64,000 nucleotides of DNA from Anaerohalosphaeraceae bacterium (GTDB taxonomy: Bacteria; Planctomycetota; Phycisphaerae; Sedimentisphaerales; Anaerohalosphaeraceae), in the NCBI GenBank assembly GCA_029973085.1, contig JARKTN010000084.1, positions 2,226 to 66,225 of the forward strand, read 5' to 3'. Below, in pieces: positions 38,612 to 47,458 of this stretch. The notes under the pieces are model-generated. The model was not told where the DNA came from, did no database searches, and saw nothing but the letters and a program-made list of their open reading frames with translations. Numbering within the stretch: the stretch's first letter is position 1; every line of letters starts with the position of its first letter. Made by a program: the position numbers and the translations under genes.

Positions 38612-38633
38612 TCTTGCCTTATCCAAAATAACC

Positions 38634-38658
38634 GCCCCGAATTGACTGAATTCGGGGC
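38634..38658. terminator. Bidirectional rho-independent terminator
   Basis: A 9-bp stem pairs GCCCCGAAT (38634-38642) with ATTCGGGGC (38650-38658), with a 7-nt loop. A T-run follows on the plus strand and a T-rich run follows on the minus strand. Confidence 0.65.
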
Positions 38659-38661
38659 TTT

Positions 38662-38787
38662 TTATTTCTTTCGTTTTTCTGCAGAAGACCGCTTTCCGCT
38701 GCCCAGTGTGCGGATAATGCAGTAAACAAATAAACCAAGAATTACCGCCCAGCTTCCGAGCATAAAGATCCAGCCGCCGAGGTTCAT
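38662..38787 (-). CDS. 41-aa membrane peptide, MetS-like small subunit of the upstream NSS transporter (not in the supplied track)
   Basis: Hand translation: MNLGGWIFMLGSWAVILGLFVYCIIRTLGSGKRSSAEKRKK. It has one TM helix and a basic tail. Its ATG overlaps the transporter stop as ATGA (38784-38787). Confidence 0.55.
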   Translation of the reverse strand: MNLGGWIFMLGSWAVILGLFVYCIIRTLGSGKRSSAEKRKK

Positions 38788-40340
38788 ATGTGTCCCTCCG
38801 CGCTTTGCGACCGTCGTCTCCAGACAATCCAGACCATCAGCAGCAAAAAGATAAACAGCCCCGCAAGGCCTATACGTGTGAGGAACAAAAAGGGCTTATC
38901 CGCAGGGTTGACATCCAACATCATCATTTTATTTTTCCATTCCTGCCAGAACCATAACCCGATGATCGTGATCAGCGCCAGCGGCGTAATATATTTGATA
39001 ATCCATCGATAGAAACCGGGGATACGAAGATTGGCGCCCTCGTGCATTTCCGTCCAGGCGCGATCCATGCCAAAGACCCATCCAAATAAAATCGATTCAA
39101 CAGCGGCAAAAACAACCAAACAGACGGAGGTTCCCCAAAAGTCCATTTCCCCAAGAACACCGTTTCCGTAAAAGAAAATCACCGGCTGAATCAAGATAAA
39201 GGTGATTACTCCGAAAATCGTTGTGGCCTCCCGTCGGGACAGGTTAAATTCATCTTCCAAAAAAGCGATCGCAGGAAGCGCCAGCGAAATCGAACTGGTC
39301 AGCCCCGCCAAAAACAGAAGAAAAAACCACATAAAGGCAAAATACTGTCCCCCGACGATTTTCTCAAAAATCAGGGGCATCGTGATAAAACCCAAATCAA
39401 AGATATCCTTTCCGCCAATGTCTTGCGCCGCCTGCGGACCGATAAAAGCAAACGCAGCCGGGATTATAATACTGCCGCCCAGAATGACCTCTGCGATCTC
39501 ATTGGTTGTCGAGGCCGTCAGGCCGGACAGCGTCACGTCGTCTTGCTTGGTCAGATAGCTGGCGTAGGTCAAAATTACGCCGAATCCGGCGCTAAGCGAA
39601 AAAAAGATCTGACCCGCTGCCGCCAGCCAGATCTTGGCCTCGGTCAGTTTATCCCAGCGAGGATTCCATAAAAAGCCCAGCCCTGCCATAGGACTCCAGT
39701 CGGGCCTGTTCGGGTCCGGAACACCGAGGGTAAGAACCCGAACAACAATTATAACCGCCAGGACAAACAGTACCATCAATCCCCATTTGCATACGCGCTC
39801 AATGCCCCTGCGAAGGCCGACACAGATCACCAGAATATTCAAGGAAAAGGTAATCAAAAAAAACAGATAAGCCGGACCTATGCTGCTGAAATGTTCGTTT
39901 ACCGCCAGCCCCTGATAGCCCTTTAAAAAGGCCTGCATATCGGCCTGATCTGTGCAGGTAAGATATTTTCCGGTAATCGCAAAAAAACTGTATCCCAAAA
40001 GCCAGGATTCAATATACGTATAATAAATGAAAATAACCGTCGGACCGAATATGCCGATAACCCCGAAGTATTTGATAAACCGGTTTTTTCGCCACATGGT
40101 CTGAAAGATGCCCGGGGCCGTACTGTGTTCAAATCCGCCGCCAAAACGCCCAATAGTCCACTCAATCCACATCAGCGGCAAACCCAGCAGGAAAAAACAG
40201 ACAAAATACGGGATCATAAAGGCCCCGCCGCCGTTGCCGGCGGCAATAGCCGGAAATCGGAGAAAATTCCCCAGACCTACGGCGCTGCCGGCCACGGCCA
40301 ATATCACCCCCAGTTTACTGCCCCATCGTTCACGTTCCAC
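38784..40340 (-). CDS. Sodium-dependent transporter, neurotransmitter:sodium symporter (NSS/SNF) family
   Basis: ERWGSKLGVILAVAGSAVGLGNFLRFP is the hallmark NSS N-terminus. About 12 TM segments. Confidence 0.9.
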   Translation of the reverse strand: MERERWGSKLGVILAVAGSAVGLGNFLRFPAIAAGNGGGAFMIPYFVCFFLLGLPLMWIEWTIGRFGGGFEHSTAPGIFQTMWRKNRFIKYFGVIGIFGPTVIFIYYTYIESWLLGYSFFAITGKYLTCTDQADMQAFLKGYQGLAVNEHFSSIGPAYLFFLITFSLNILVICVGLRRGIERVCKWGLMVLFVLAVIIVVRVLTLGVPDPNRPDWSPMAGLGFLWNPRWDKLTEAKIWLAAAGQIFFSLSAGFGVILTYASYLTKQDDVTLSGLTASTTNEIAEVILGGSIIIPAAFAFIGPQAAQDIGGKDIFDLGFITMPLIFEKIVGGQYFAFMWFFLLFLAGLTSSISLALPAIAFLEDEFNLSRREATTIFGVITFILIQPVIFFYGNGVLGEMDFWGTSVCLVVFAAVESILFGWVFGMDRAWTEMHEGANLRIPGFYRWIIKYITPLALITIIGLWFWQEWKNKMMMLDVNPADKPFLFLTRIGLAGLFIFLLLMVWIVWRRRSQSAEGHI

Positions 40341-40378
40341 GTTGTAAGCCCTGAAAGATTACGGCAGGATACTTGCCA

Positions 40379-41170
40379 TTAAGTTAACCCGAGCAGCGTC
40401 AAACTGTCCCTCTGGACAATGCTGCGGAGTTTCTCGCGAGGCACCTGCGGAAGATGCGTATCAGAAAGCATTTTGTTAAAGCCCAGCAGGGTCTCTATAC
40501 ATACACCCGGCAGGGCGTACGGATAACCGCTGCCAAAGAGGAGTTTATCCATTACAGCCGATTCATAAGCGCCCAAAACCGTATTGTAAACCTGCCAGAT
40601 CTTTTGTGGATTGATGGACAGGTCGGCATAGGCGTTTGCATGCTTGGACAAAAGGCAAAATGTTTGCTCCAGATACGGCATCCCCATTCTGCCCACAATA
40701 AACCGCAACCCCGGAAAAGTTCGAGCCACTTCATCCAAAAGCCAGGGGCGGGAAAAATCCAGCGAGGCATTCGGAGAAAAAGGAGGACAGTTGTGGAAAA
40801 AAACCACCAGTTCCTGCTCTTCGCACAATTCATAGAGCCGCATGGCGCGACTGTGGGCCGGGTGATAGTTTCCCTCTGCACAGTACAACACAACCGCCCG
40901 CAGACCCAAATCGGCCGTTACGGACTTTAGATCTTTACGGGATAAAGGATCGGCCGTCGGATCAACAACGGCAAACCCAATGGCTTTCGGATTTTCTGAA
41001 ATATATTCGGACAACTGCTGATTGACCCGCGATCTGTCGGATTCACACGCGGCCAATACAAAACAGGCGTCGACATCCTGGCAGGCCCGCTGGTGCTGCT
41101 GTGCATCCACCGTCTGATCCGGACAACTGATATGCGTATGACAGTCTACAATCATGGGTTCCCTCGACAT
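40379..41170 (-). CDS. Amidohydrolase-family metal-dependent hydrolase (TIM barrel)
   Basis: The N-terminal IVDCHTHI motif and the overall length fit the amidohydrolase_2-type family. Confidence 0.65.
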   Translation of the reverse strand: MSREPMIVDCHTHISCPDQTVDAQQHQRACQDVDACFVLAACESDRSRVNQQLSEYISENPKAIGFAVVDPTADPLSRKDLKSVTADLGLRAVVLYCAEGNYHPAHSRAMRLYELCEEQELVVFFHNCPPFSPNASLDFSRPWLLDEVARTFPGLRFIVGRMGMPYLEQTFCLLSKHANAYADLSINPQKIWQVYNTVLGAYESAVMDKLLFGSGYPYALPGVCIETLLGFNKMLSDTHLPQVPREKLRSIVQRDSLTLLGLT

Positions 41171-41328
41171 TTACGGGCATATTTTATCGGCCAATCATAG
41201 AACCTCCTGTATCGGTCTGTCAAGAAGAATTGGCGAGATTTTGTCGGCTTTGACAATGACCTCTTGACTCCAGCACAGCAAAACGCTACGATTCCCCCGA
41301 TAAGACAGGAAAGGAATAAAAAACAGCC

Positions 41329-41718
41329 ATGAACTGCGCCGTTTGCAGCAACCCGATGATTACACTCGAACTGGATCAGGTAGAGACGGACTATTGTCTA
41401 ACCTGCCGGGGCATTTGGCTGGATAAGGGAGAACTGGAACAATTGCTGGGAGATACATTGCAGGCGCAGCAGGTTCTCCAATCGTTCCAGATTGCTCAGG
41501 ATTGCAAAGAATCCCCTCGCCGATGTCCTATTTGCGGTAAAAAGATGGAAAAGGTTTTAGCAGGTCCGGAATCAAAAACTACCCTGCTGGATCGATGTAA
41601 AAAGGGCCATGGCCTGTGGTTTGACAGCGGAGAACTGGAGTCTGTATTGAGCTTGGGGCGATTCGATTCAGAAGGCAAATTACCTTCTTACTTGAAAAAG
41701 ATGTACACCCGAAAATAA
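41329..41718 (+). CDS. Duplicated TFIIB-type zinc-ribbon protein
   Basis: CAVCSNPM...DYCLTCRGIWLDKGELEQLL and CPICGKKM...DRCKKGHGLWFDSGELESVL are two zf-TFIIB-like units. Confidence 0.65.
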   Translation: MNCAVCSNPMITLELDQVETDYCLTCRGIWLDKGELEQLLGDTLQAQQVLQSFQIAQDCKESPRRCPICGKKMEKVLAGPESKTTLLDRCKKGHGLWFDSGELESVLSLGRFDSEGKLPSYLKKMYTRK

Positions 41719-41796
41719 ACAAAAGAGAACTCGGACCTCTCTGAGATACTATAAAGAACCGGTTTCTGAATTTTTTTTACGTGGAGGTTTCTGTTT

Positions 41797-42363
41797 ATGG
41801 GAGCAATAGCCGTTTTATTACTGATCGTTTTGATTGGGCTGATTCTGTTTCTTTTGGCCATTATTGGGATCTACAATGCCCTTGTGCAGCTGAGAAATCA
41901 AGCCGATAATGCCTGGTCGCAGATTGATGTGCAATTGAAGCGTCGCCATGATCTGATCCCGAATCTGGTAGAAACGGCCAAGGGATATATGAAGCATGAG
42001 CGGGAAACGTTTGAAAAGATCACCGAGGCCCGCAGCCAGGCCATGGGCGCCAAAAATGTGGCCGATGCGGCCAAGGCCGAAAATGCGCTGACCGGCGCCC
42101 TGAGCAAATTTATGCTGGTGGTAGAAAATTACCCGGATCTGAAAGCCAACCAGAACTTTTTGGCTCTGCAGGAGACCCTGACCAGTACGGAGAATAAAAT
42201 TGCTTTTGCCCGCCAGGCCTACAACGATCAGGTCCTGCTTTACAATAATAAAACCCAAATGTTCCCTTCCAATATCATCGCCGGAATGTTCGGTTTCAGA
42301 AAACGAGACTCCTTTGAAATCGGCGAGGCCGCCCAGAGAGAAACGCCAAAAGTCAGTTTTTAG
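41797..42363 (+). CDS. LemA family protein
   Basis: An N-terminal TM helix is followed by YNALVQLRNQADNAWSQIDVQLKRRHDLIPNLVETAKGY...ENYPDLKANQNFLALQ, the canonical LemA pattern. Confidence 0.85.
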   Translation: MGAIAVLLLIVLIGLILFLLAIIGIYNALVQLRNQADNAWSQIDVQLKRRHDLIPNLVETAKGYMKHERETFEKITEARSQAMGAKNVADAAKAENALTGALSKFMLVVENYPDLKANQNFLALQETLTSTENKIAFARQAYNDQVLLYNNKTQMFPSNIIAGMFGFRKRDSFEIGEAAQRETPKVSF

Positions 42364-42381
42364 CCCTGAGATAGAATCACT

Positions 42382-43590
42382 GTGTGGCAGCAGATCCACA
42401 TCAATAAAAGAAATTCGATCCTGCTCCTTTTGAGCATGGGCCTGGTTTTAGCAGCATTGGGATATATCATCGCCGCTGCGATCGGAGGCAGTCCGGAGGC
42501 GGGTTGGCTGGGCATTCTGATCGCCTCGGCCATCTGGCTTATCATGACGCTTGTCAGTTTTACCAGCGGCGATCAGATTCTGCTGGCTTCCAGTCGAGCG
42601 GCGCCGGTCACGCCGGAAGTTCACCCGCAGTTATTCAACATCGTGGAGGAGATGAAAATCGCCGCCGGTCTGCCGAAGATGCCGAAGATCTATATCATCA
42701 ATGACCCGGCCCCTAACGCCTTTGCTACCGGCCGAAACCCTCAAAACGCTTCGGTGGCCGTCACAGCCGGTCTGCTGACGCGGCTAAATCGAGACGAACT
42801 ACAGGGTGTGATTGCCCATGAGGTCAGCCACATCGTACACAGAGATATCCTGTTTGTGACGCTGGCCGGAGTCTTACTGGGCAGCGTTGTGTTGATCAGC
42901 CAGGTTTTTCTGCGGGGCATGGTCTATAGTTCGATGAGCGCTCGGCGTTATTCCTCGCGCGGAAGTTCACGCGGCGGCGGAGGGCAGGCCCTTCTGATGC
43001 TGCTGGCAGTCCTGTTGGCGATTCTGGCTCCGCTGTTTACTCAACTGCTTTATTTTGCTCTGTCCCGTCGTCGGGAATATCTGGCGGATGCAGGAGCCGC
43101 CCGACTGACTCGTTATCCGGAAGGGCTGGCCTCTGCGCTGGAAAAAATCGCCCAACAGGATATACCGATGGAGTCGGCCAACCAGGTTACAGCGCCAATG
43201 TATATCGCCAATCCCCTCCGCGGAAAAAAATACCTCAACCTGTACAGCACTCATCCCCCGATCGAACAACGCATTCGGATCTTGCGCAACATGAGCCAGG
43301 GGGCCTCTTTGGCAGATTATGAGCAATTTTACAGATCTGTCACCCATAAAGCCGGAATGATTCCCCAATCGGCCCTGTCAAAGGAAACAGTAAGTATTCG
43401 CCCACCCTCGACGGAAAAAACCGACCCTTCTTCTTTAAATCAAATTCGGGCGATGGGAGATCTGATGCGAAAAGTCAATGGCTTTAAGTTTCTTACATGC
43501 CCCTGCGGGGTCATCCTGAAGATTCCCCCGAACTTCCCGACCGGCAAGGCCCAGTGTCCCCATTGCGGACATGTGTTGTCAGTTTCTTAG
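42382..43590 (+). CDS. M48-family (HtpX-like) zinc metalloprotease with a C-terminal zinc ribbon
   Basis: HEVSHIVHRD (HExxH), TM segments on either side, ADAGAARLT and a C-terminal CPCG...CPHCGH. The start is GTG. Confidence 0.8.
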   Translation: MWQQIHINKRNSILLLLSMGLVLAALGYIIAAAIGGSPEAGWLGILIASAIWLIMTLVSFTSGDQILLASSRAAPVTPEVHPQLFNIVEEMKIAAGLPKMPKIYIINDPAPNAFATGRNPQNASVAVTAGLLTRLNRDELQGVIAHEVSHIVHRDILFVTLAGVLLGSVVLISQVFLRGMVYSSMSARRYSSRGSSRGGGGQALLMLLAVLLAILAPLFTQLLYFALSRRREYLADAGAARLTRYPEGLASALEKIAQQDIPMESANQVTAPMYIANPLRGKKYLNLYSTHPPIEQRIRILRNMSQGASLADYEQFYRSVTHKAGMIPQSALSKETVSIRPPSTEKTDPSSLNQIRAMGDLMRKVNGFKFLTCPCGVILKIPPNFPTGKAQCPHCGHVLSVS

Positions 43591-43724
43591 ATTTTTAGCA
43601 ATTTTCAAGATGTAAATCCGGTTAACACTGTCCTGCTTTAGGTGTCGGCCAACCTGGATTTGAAGTACCCCATTCCTTTTTTACACTCGAAAGTGTGAAA
43701 AAACATCTCGCACTGAACTGTTAA

Positions 43725-44366
43725 TCAGCGCATCACCCAATCCTGCCCTTCAAAACGCAAACTGGCGCCTTGCCGAAGAAGAGGGTCGGTGCCGATGGAA
43801 TAAGTTAACTGGAGCGTCTTGCTCAAATAAACAGGGATCGGATCGCCCTGTGAGTCCACCTGAACCGGATGCCCAATGGCGGTAGTCTCATTGCTCAGCC
43901 CAGCCAGATAAAATTGGACAACTTTTGCCTGAGTGTCAAAATCCGGCCAGAAAATTACAAAATCCCTGCTATTGTCTTTGCCGCGGCGGATTTGGTGGTC
44001 TTCGAAATCCAGAGATTCAAGATAAGGATATTGCCCCTGATGCTTGGCCTTGACCAACTCAAAAAGCCCTTTGACCTCCCCCTGCCCAGCCGACAGAACC
44101 TGAAAAGTATCCGTGACCAACTCACATTTTGGATAAAACAGGACTCCTTCATCGAAATTCTGATTGGTCATGGAAATAATCATATACCAGTACCGGCAGG
44201 TCTGTCCGGCAGATGTTTTCACCGTGATCTGAACAGGATGCTCATATGTCACATCAAGAGTCCATCGCCCTTTTTCTGGAACCGCCGAAGGCCGTGGCCA
44301 CCCCAATCCCAAAGCTGTCAATAAGCCAACCCAGAAAAATATTCCTGAGCAAATCTGATTTTTCAT
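43725..44366 (-). CDS. Hypothetical exported protein
   Basis: A 213-aa ORF with an N-terminal hydrophobic signal-like segment (ICSGIFFWVGLLTALGLG). No recognisable motif. Confidence 0.45.
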   Translation of the reverse strand: MKNQICSGIFFWVGLLTALGLGWPRPSAVPEKGRWTLDVTYEHPVQITVKTSAGQTCRYWYMIISMTNQNFDEGVLFYPKCELVTDTFQVLSAGQGEVKGLFELVKAKHQGQYPYLESLDFEDHQIRRGKDNSRDFVIFWPDFDTQAKVVQFYLAGLSNETTAIGHPVQVDSQGDPIPVYLSKTLQLTYSIGTDPLLRQGASLRFEGQDWVMR

Positions 44367-44496
44367 ATACAGATTCCTTTGTTTGCGATCATTGATTTAA
44401 TCTCGAGTGTCGGTATTTTACACAAGCCCGCGTCCATCGTAAAGGGCAAACTCAAAATCCAGATAAAAAAGTCTTTTTTCTGGTCCATCTTGCAGG

Positions 44497-44524
44497 TTGA
44501 CAGATACCCTTGATAGTTTATAAT
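44497..44524 (+). promoter_or_regulatory. Consensus sigma70-type promoter upstream of pilT
   Basis: TTGACA (44497-44502), a 16-nt spacer, then TATAAT (44519-44524). Both hexamers are perfect, and it lies about 90 nt upstream of the ATG at 44615. Confidence 0.5.
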
Positions 44525-44614
44525 TAGCTGTTTTGGTAAAAGTCCAGTCCGCTTAGGGAATTACGCTTATAGCGAACCGGAAAGATGATATCTGATTGAA
44601 CCAGGAGCAGCCGA

Positions 44615-45754
44615 ATGGCCAACCCACAACCTTTAGATACGCATATTAACGTAAAACTGAAAAAAACTCCGCAAATTGAAAAACTTTTCAAGGCGGCCAT
44701 TAAATCGGACGCCAGCGATCTTCATTTGAAAGTGGGAATGCCCCCTAAACTGAGAATCCACAGCAAGTTGAAAAATACCACCGGAGAACCCCTGAGCCAG
44801 GAGGATATTGAAGAGCTGGTTTTTGAAATTATGACCGAGGATCAAAAGCAGTATTTTATGGAAAACGGCACTCTGGACTTCGCTTATCAGGTGGGCGAAA
44901 TGGATCGGTTTCGAATCAACGCCTTTCGCCAGCGCGGATATCTGAGCATGGTCGCCCGGCGGATCAGCGGACGGATTCCTCTTTTTGAAACGCTTCACCT
45001 CCCGACGATTGTCGAAAAAATCGCCGATAACCATGACGGCCTGGTGCTGGTGACCGGGCCGACCGGCTGCGGCAAAACCTCCACCATCGCTTCGATGATC
45101 GATCATATCAACCGAACACGCGCTTCGCATATTATCACAATCGAAGATCCGATCGAGTTTCTGCATGTGGATAAAAAATCCATTGTATCCCAGAGGGAAA
45201 TCGGCATTGATGTGCACAACTGGCTGGACGCCCTCAGAACACTTATGCGCCAGGACCCGGATGTGGTTGTTATCGGGGAAATGCGAGATCAGCAAACCGT
45301 AACCGCCGCAATGCGTGCAGCTGAAACCGGACACCTCGTCTTCGGGACGCTGCATGCCAACAACGCCGCCCAGACAATTCAGCGTCTGCTCGATATGTTT
45401 CCGCAGGAAGAGCGGGATCTGGTCCGCCAAACTTTCGCCATGTCAATGCGGGCTATCATCAGCCAGGAACTCCTGCCGGGAATCCGTGCGGACGTGCCTC
45501 GAATTCCGGCAGTCGAGGTGCTGATTAATACGCCAATCATCCGAAAACTTATCAGCGAAGAACGGGAAGGGGATATCCCCGGCGCCATCCGGGCCGGCTC
45601 CGGAGAAGGCATGCAGAACTTTACCGAAAGTCTTCGGCTATTAGTGGAGGAAGAATACATCGCCCTGAAAGTGGCGGAGCAATATGCGCCCAATGTGGAA
45701 GAACTCAAAATGGCCCTGAAGGGGATCCGTTCTTCCACCAGCGGGATTTTATAA
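44615..45754 (+). CDS. pilT: Type IV pilus retraction-type ATPase (PilT/PilU family)
   Basis: ASDLHLKVG...PKLRIHS, Walker A GPTGCGKTS, IITIEDPIEF (Asp box), VVVIGEMRD (Walker B) and GTLHANNA (His box). Confidence 0.85.
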   Translation: MANPQPLDTHINVKLKKTPQIEKLFKAAIKSDASDLHLKVGMPPKLRIHSKLKNTTGEPLSQEDIEELVFEIMTEDQKQYFMENGTLDFAYQVGEMDRFRINAFRQRGYLSMVARRISGRIPLFETLHLPTIVEKIADNHDGLVLVTGPTGCGKTSTIASMIDHINRTRASHIITIEDPIEFLHVDKKSIVSQREIGIDVHNWLDALRTLMRQDPDVVVIGEMRDQQTVTAAMRAAETGHLVFGTLHANNAAQTIQRLLDMFPQEERDLVRQTFAMSMRAIISQELLPGIRADVPRIPAVEVLINTPIIRKLISEEREGDIPGAIRAGSGEGMQNFTESLRLLVEEEYIALKVAEQYAPNVEELKMALKGIRSSTSGIL

Positions 45755-45781
45755 GAATACAGGAAACAGAGAGGACATTCT

Positions 45782-47428
45782 ATGGCGGTTCTGCTGGCAG
45801 CGACGGTTACCTACGGCGGATATATCAATCTGATTAAATTTTTGATTCTTCTGGCCGCTTTTTTCGGCTGGCTACCGCTGGCCAATTGGGTCAATGAAGA
45901 TTCACAGGCCGTCCGGACCAACAAAAATCTGTGGACACTCACATTTTCTTTGACCGGCGCGATTTCTCTGCTGATGTGGCTGATCATCCCGGCCTATATC
46001 ATTGGTCTGCTGATTTTTCTGATCGCCCTGGGAGGCGTACTTATGGCGTACGTCATTCATCGAAACGCTCTGGTAGCCGATTTTGAAAAAGTTCTGACCG
46101 CCGACCATATCCGGGGCCTGTTCGTAAACGCCGAAAAAAAACTGAGCAAGGCCTCTTTCGGCTTGTCTTTTATCACAGCCAATGGAAACGACGTGCCTTT
46201 GCCTCAGCCCAAAACCACCGAGGCCTTCGGATTCGTCACAACCTGCGATATCATGAATGATGCGATTTGGCGGCGGGCAAGCCAGGTTTTTTTTAATCCT
46301 CAAAAAGAAGATTACGAAGTCCTTTATATCATCGACGGAATCCCGAGCAAGCAATCGCCCAGGAACCGCGAGGAAATGGATTATCTGATCTACTATTTAA
46401 AGCATCTGGCTGCCCTGGAGATCGAAGAAAAAAGGAAACCCCAGCAGGGCCGTTTCCGTGTAGTAGTCAATAAAGATGTATTAAATCCTATCGGTTGGGA
46501 AGTTAACACCGCCGGCTCTACGGCGGGTGAGCAGATAAAACTGACTCGGTCAGCCGGAAAAACCATTCGTAAAATTGAAGAACTCGGATTCAACGAAAAT
46601 CAGATCGGCTCGATTGAAACACTTCGCAGCCAGACCCAGGGCCTGGTCCTGATCTCCGGGCCTGCCGGCAGCGGCCGCACAACCACGCTCTATGCCCTTC
46701 TGAGAGGCCATGATCCCTTCTTATACAACATCAATACCCTTGAAAAAAACCCGATAGCAGATCTTCAGAACATCACCCAGCATACCTTTACCCTCAGCGA
46801 CACAGGAACCACCAGCTATTCGCGAAAACTGCAAACCGTCCTGCGAAGAGGCCCGGATATCGTCGGCATCGAAGACTGCGACGACTCCCAGTGCGCTCAA
46901 CTGGCTTGCTCAGCCGTAAAAGACGGCAAAATGATCTACGCCGTACTGGAGGCCAACAGTGTCAGCCAGTCGCTCGAAAAATGGATAAAACTTGTCGGAG
47001 ATAAAGATCGGGCCGTTGACTCGCTGACCGCAATCCTCAATCAGCGGCTGGTTCGTGTTCTTTGCGATCAGTGCCGAGTGGCATATAAGCCCAATCCCGC
47101 CCTGTTTAAAAAATTCAATATCCCAGCCAACGATGTGGATATGTTTTACCGACCGGGCGAAATTGAGGAAGACAAACGCGGCCGACCTATCATCTGTCAG
47201 AAGTGTCAGGGAACCGGTTATTTCGGGCGGATCGGGCTGTTTGAAACCATTCGATTTACCCCGGATCTGAGCCGAGCCGTCAAACAGGCCAAGACCCCTC
47301 ATGAAATCATCTCTGCCCTGCGAAAGGCCGGGATGCTTTATATGCAGGAGCAATCGATCAAAAAAGTGTCTTTGGGAATAACCTCAATCAACGAAGTAAT
47401 ACGCAATTTCAGCACAAAGAATCCATAA
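45782..47428 (+). CDS. Membrane-anchored GspE/PilB-like protein with degenerate ATPase motifs
   Basis: Three N-terminal hydrophobic helices. A secretion-ATPase N2-like region follows (ASQVFFNP..., KPQQGRFRVVV). Walker A reads GPAGSGRT (Arg codon CGC at 46676-46678). TLEKNPIA, IVGIEDCDD and AVLEANS stand where the Asp box, Walker B and His box are expected. The CDQC...CQKC tetracysteine motif is retained. Confidence 0.75.
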   Translation: MAVLLAATVTYGGYINLIKFLILLAAFFGWLPLANWVNEDSQAVRTNKNLWTLTFSLTGAISLLMWLIIPAYIIGLLIFLIALGGVLMAYVIHRNALVADFEKVLTADHIRGLFVNAEKKLSKASFGLSFITANGNDVPLPQPKTTEAFGFVTTCDIMNDAIWRRASQVFFNPQKEDYEVLYIIDGIPSKQSPRNREEMDYLIYYLKHLAALEIEEKRKPQQGRFRVVVNKDVLNPIGWEVNTAGSTAGEQIKLTRSAGKTIRKIEELGFNENQIGSIETLRSQTQGLVLISGPAGSGRTTTLYALLRGHDPFLYNINTLEKNPIADLQNITQHTFTLSDTGTTSYSRKLQTVLRRGPDIVGIEDCDDSQCAQLACSAVKDGKMIYAVLEANSVSQSLEKWIKLVGDKDRAVDSLTAILNQRLVRVLCDQCRVAYKPNPALFKKFNIPANDVDMFYRPGEIEEDKRGRPIICQKCQGTGYFGRIGLFETIRFTPDLSRAVKQAKTPHEIISALRKAGMLYMQEQSIKKVSLGITSINEVIRNFSTKNP

Positions 47429-47458
47429 GTCCGACTCGAAATCCACAGGGAACTGAAT

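Noticed and set aside
38516-38827. 103-aa minus-strand track ORF downstream of the NSS transporter
   Set aside because: It spans the strong terminator hairpin and overlaps the MazG gene end. A different frame gives a compact 41-aa TM peptide with an ATGA overlap to the transporter stop, which fits much better.
44633-45430. 265-aa minus-strand ORF
   Set aside because: It is antisense to pilT, whose plus frame has intact Walker A, Asp box, Walker B and His box motifs.
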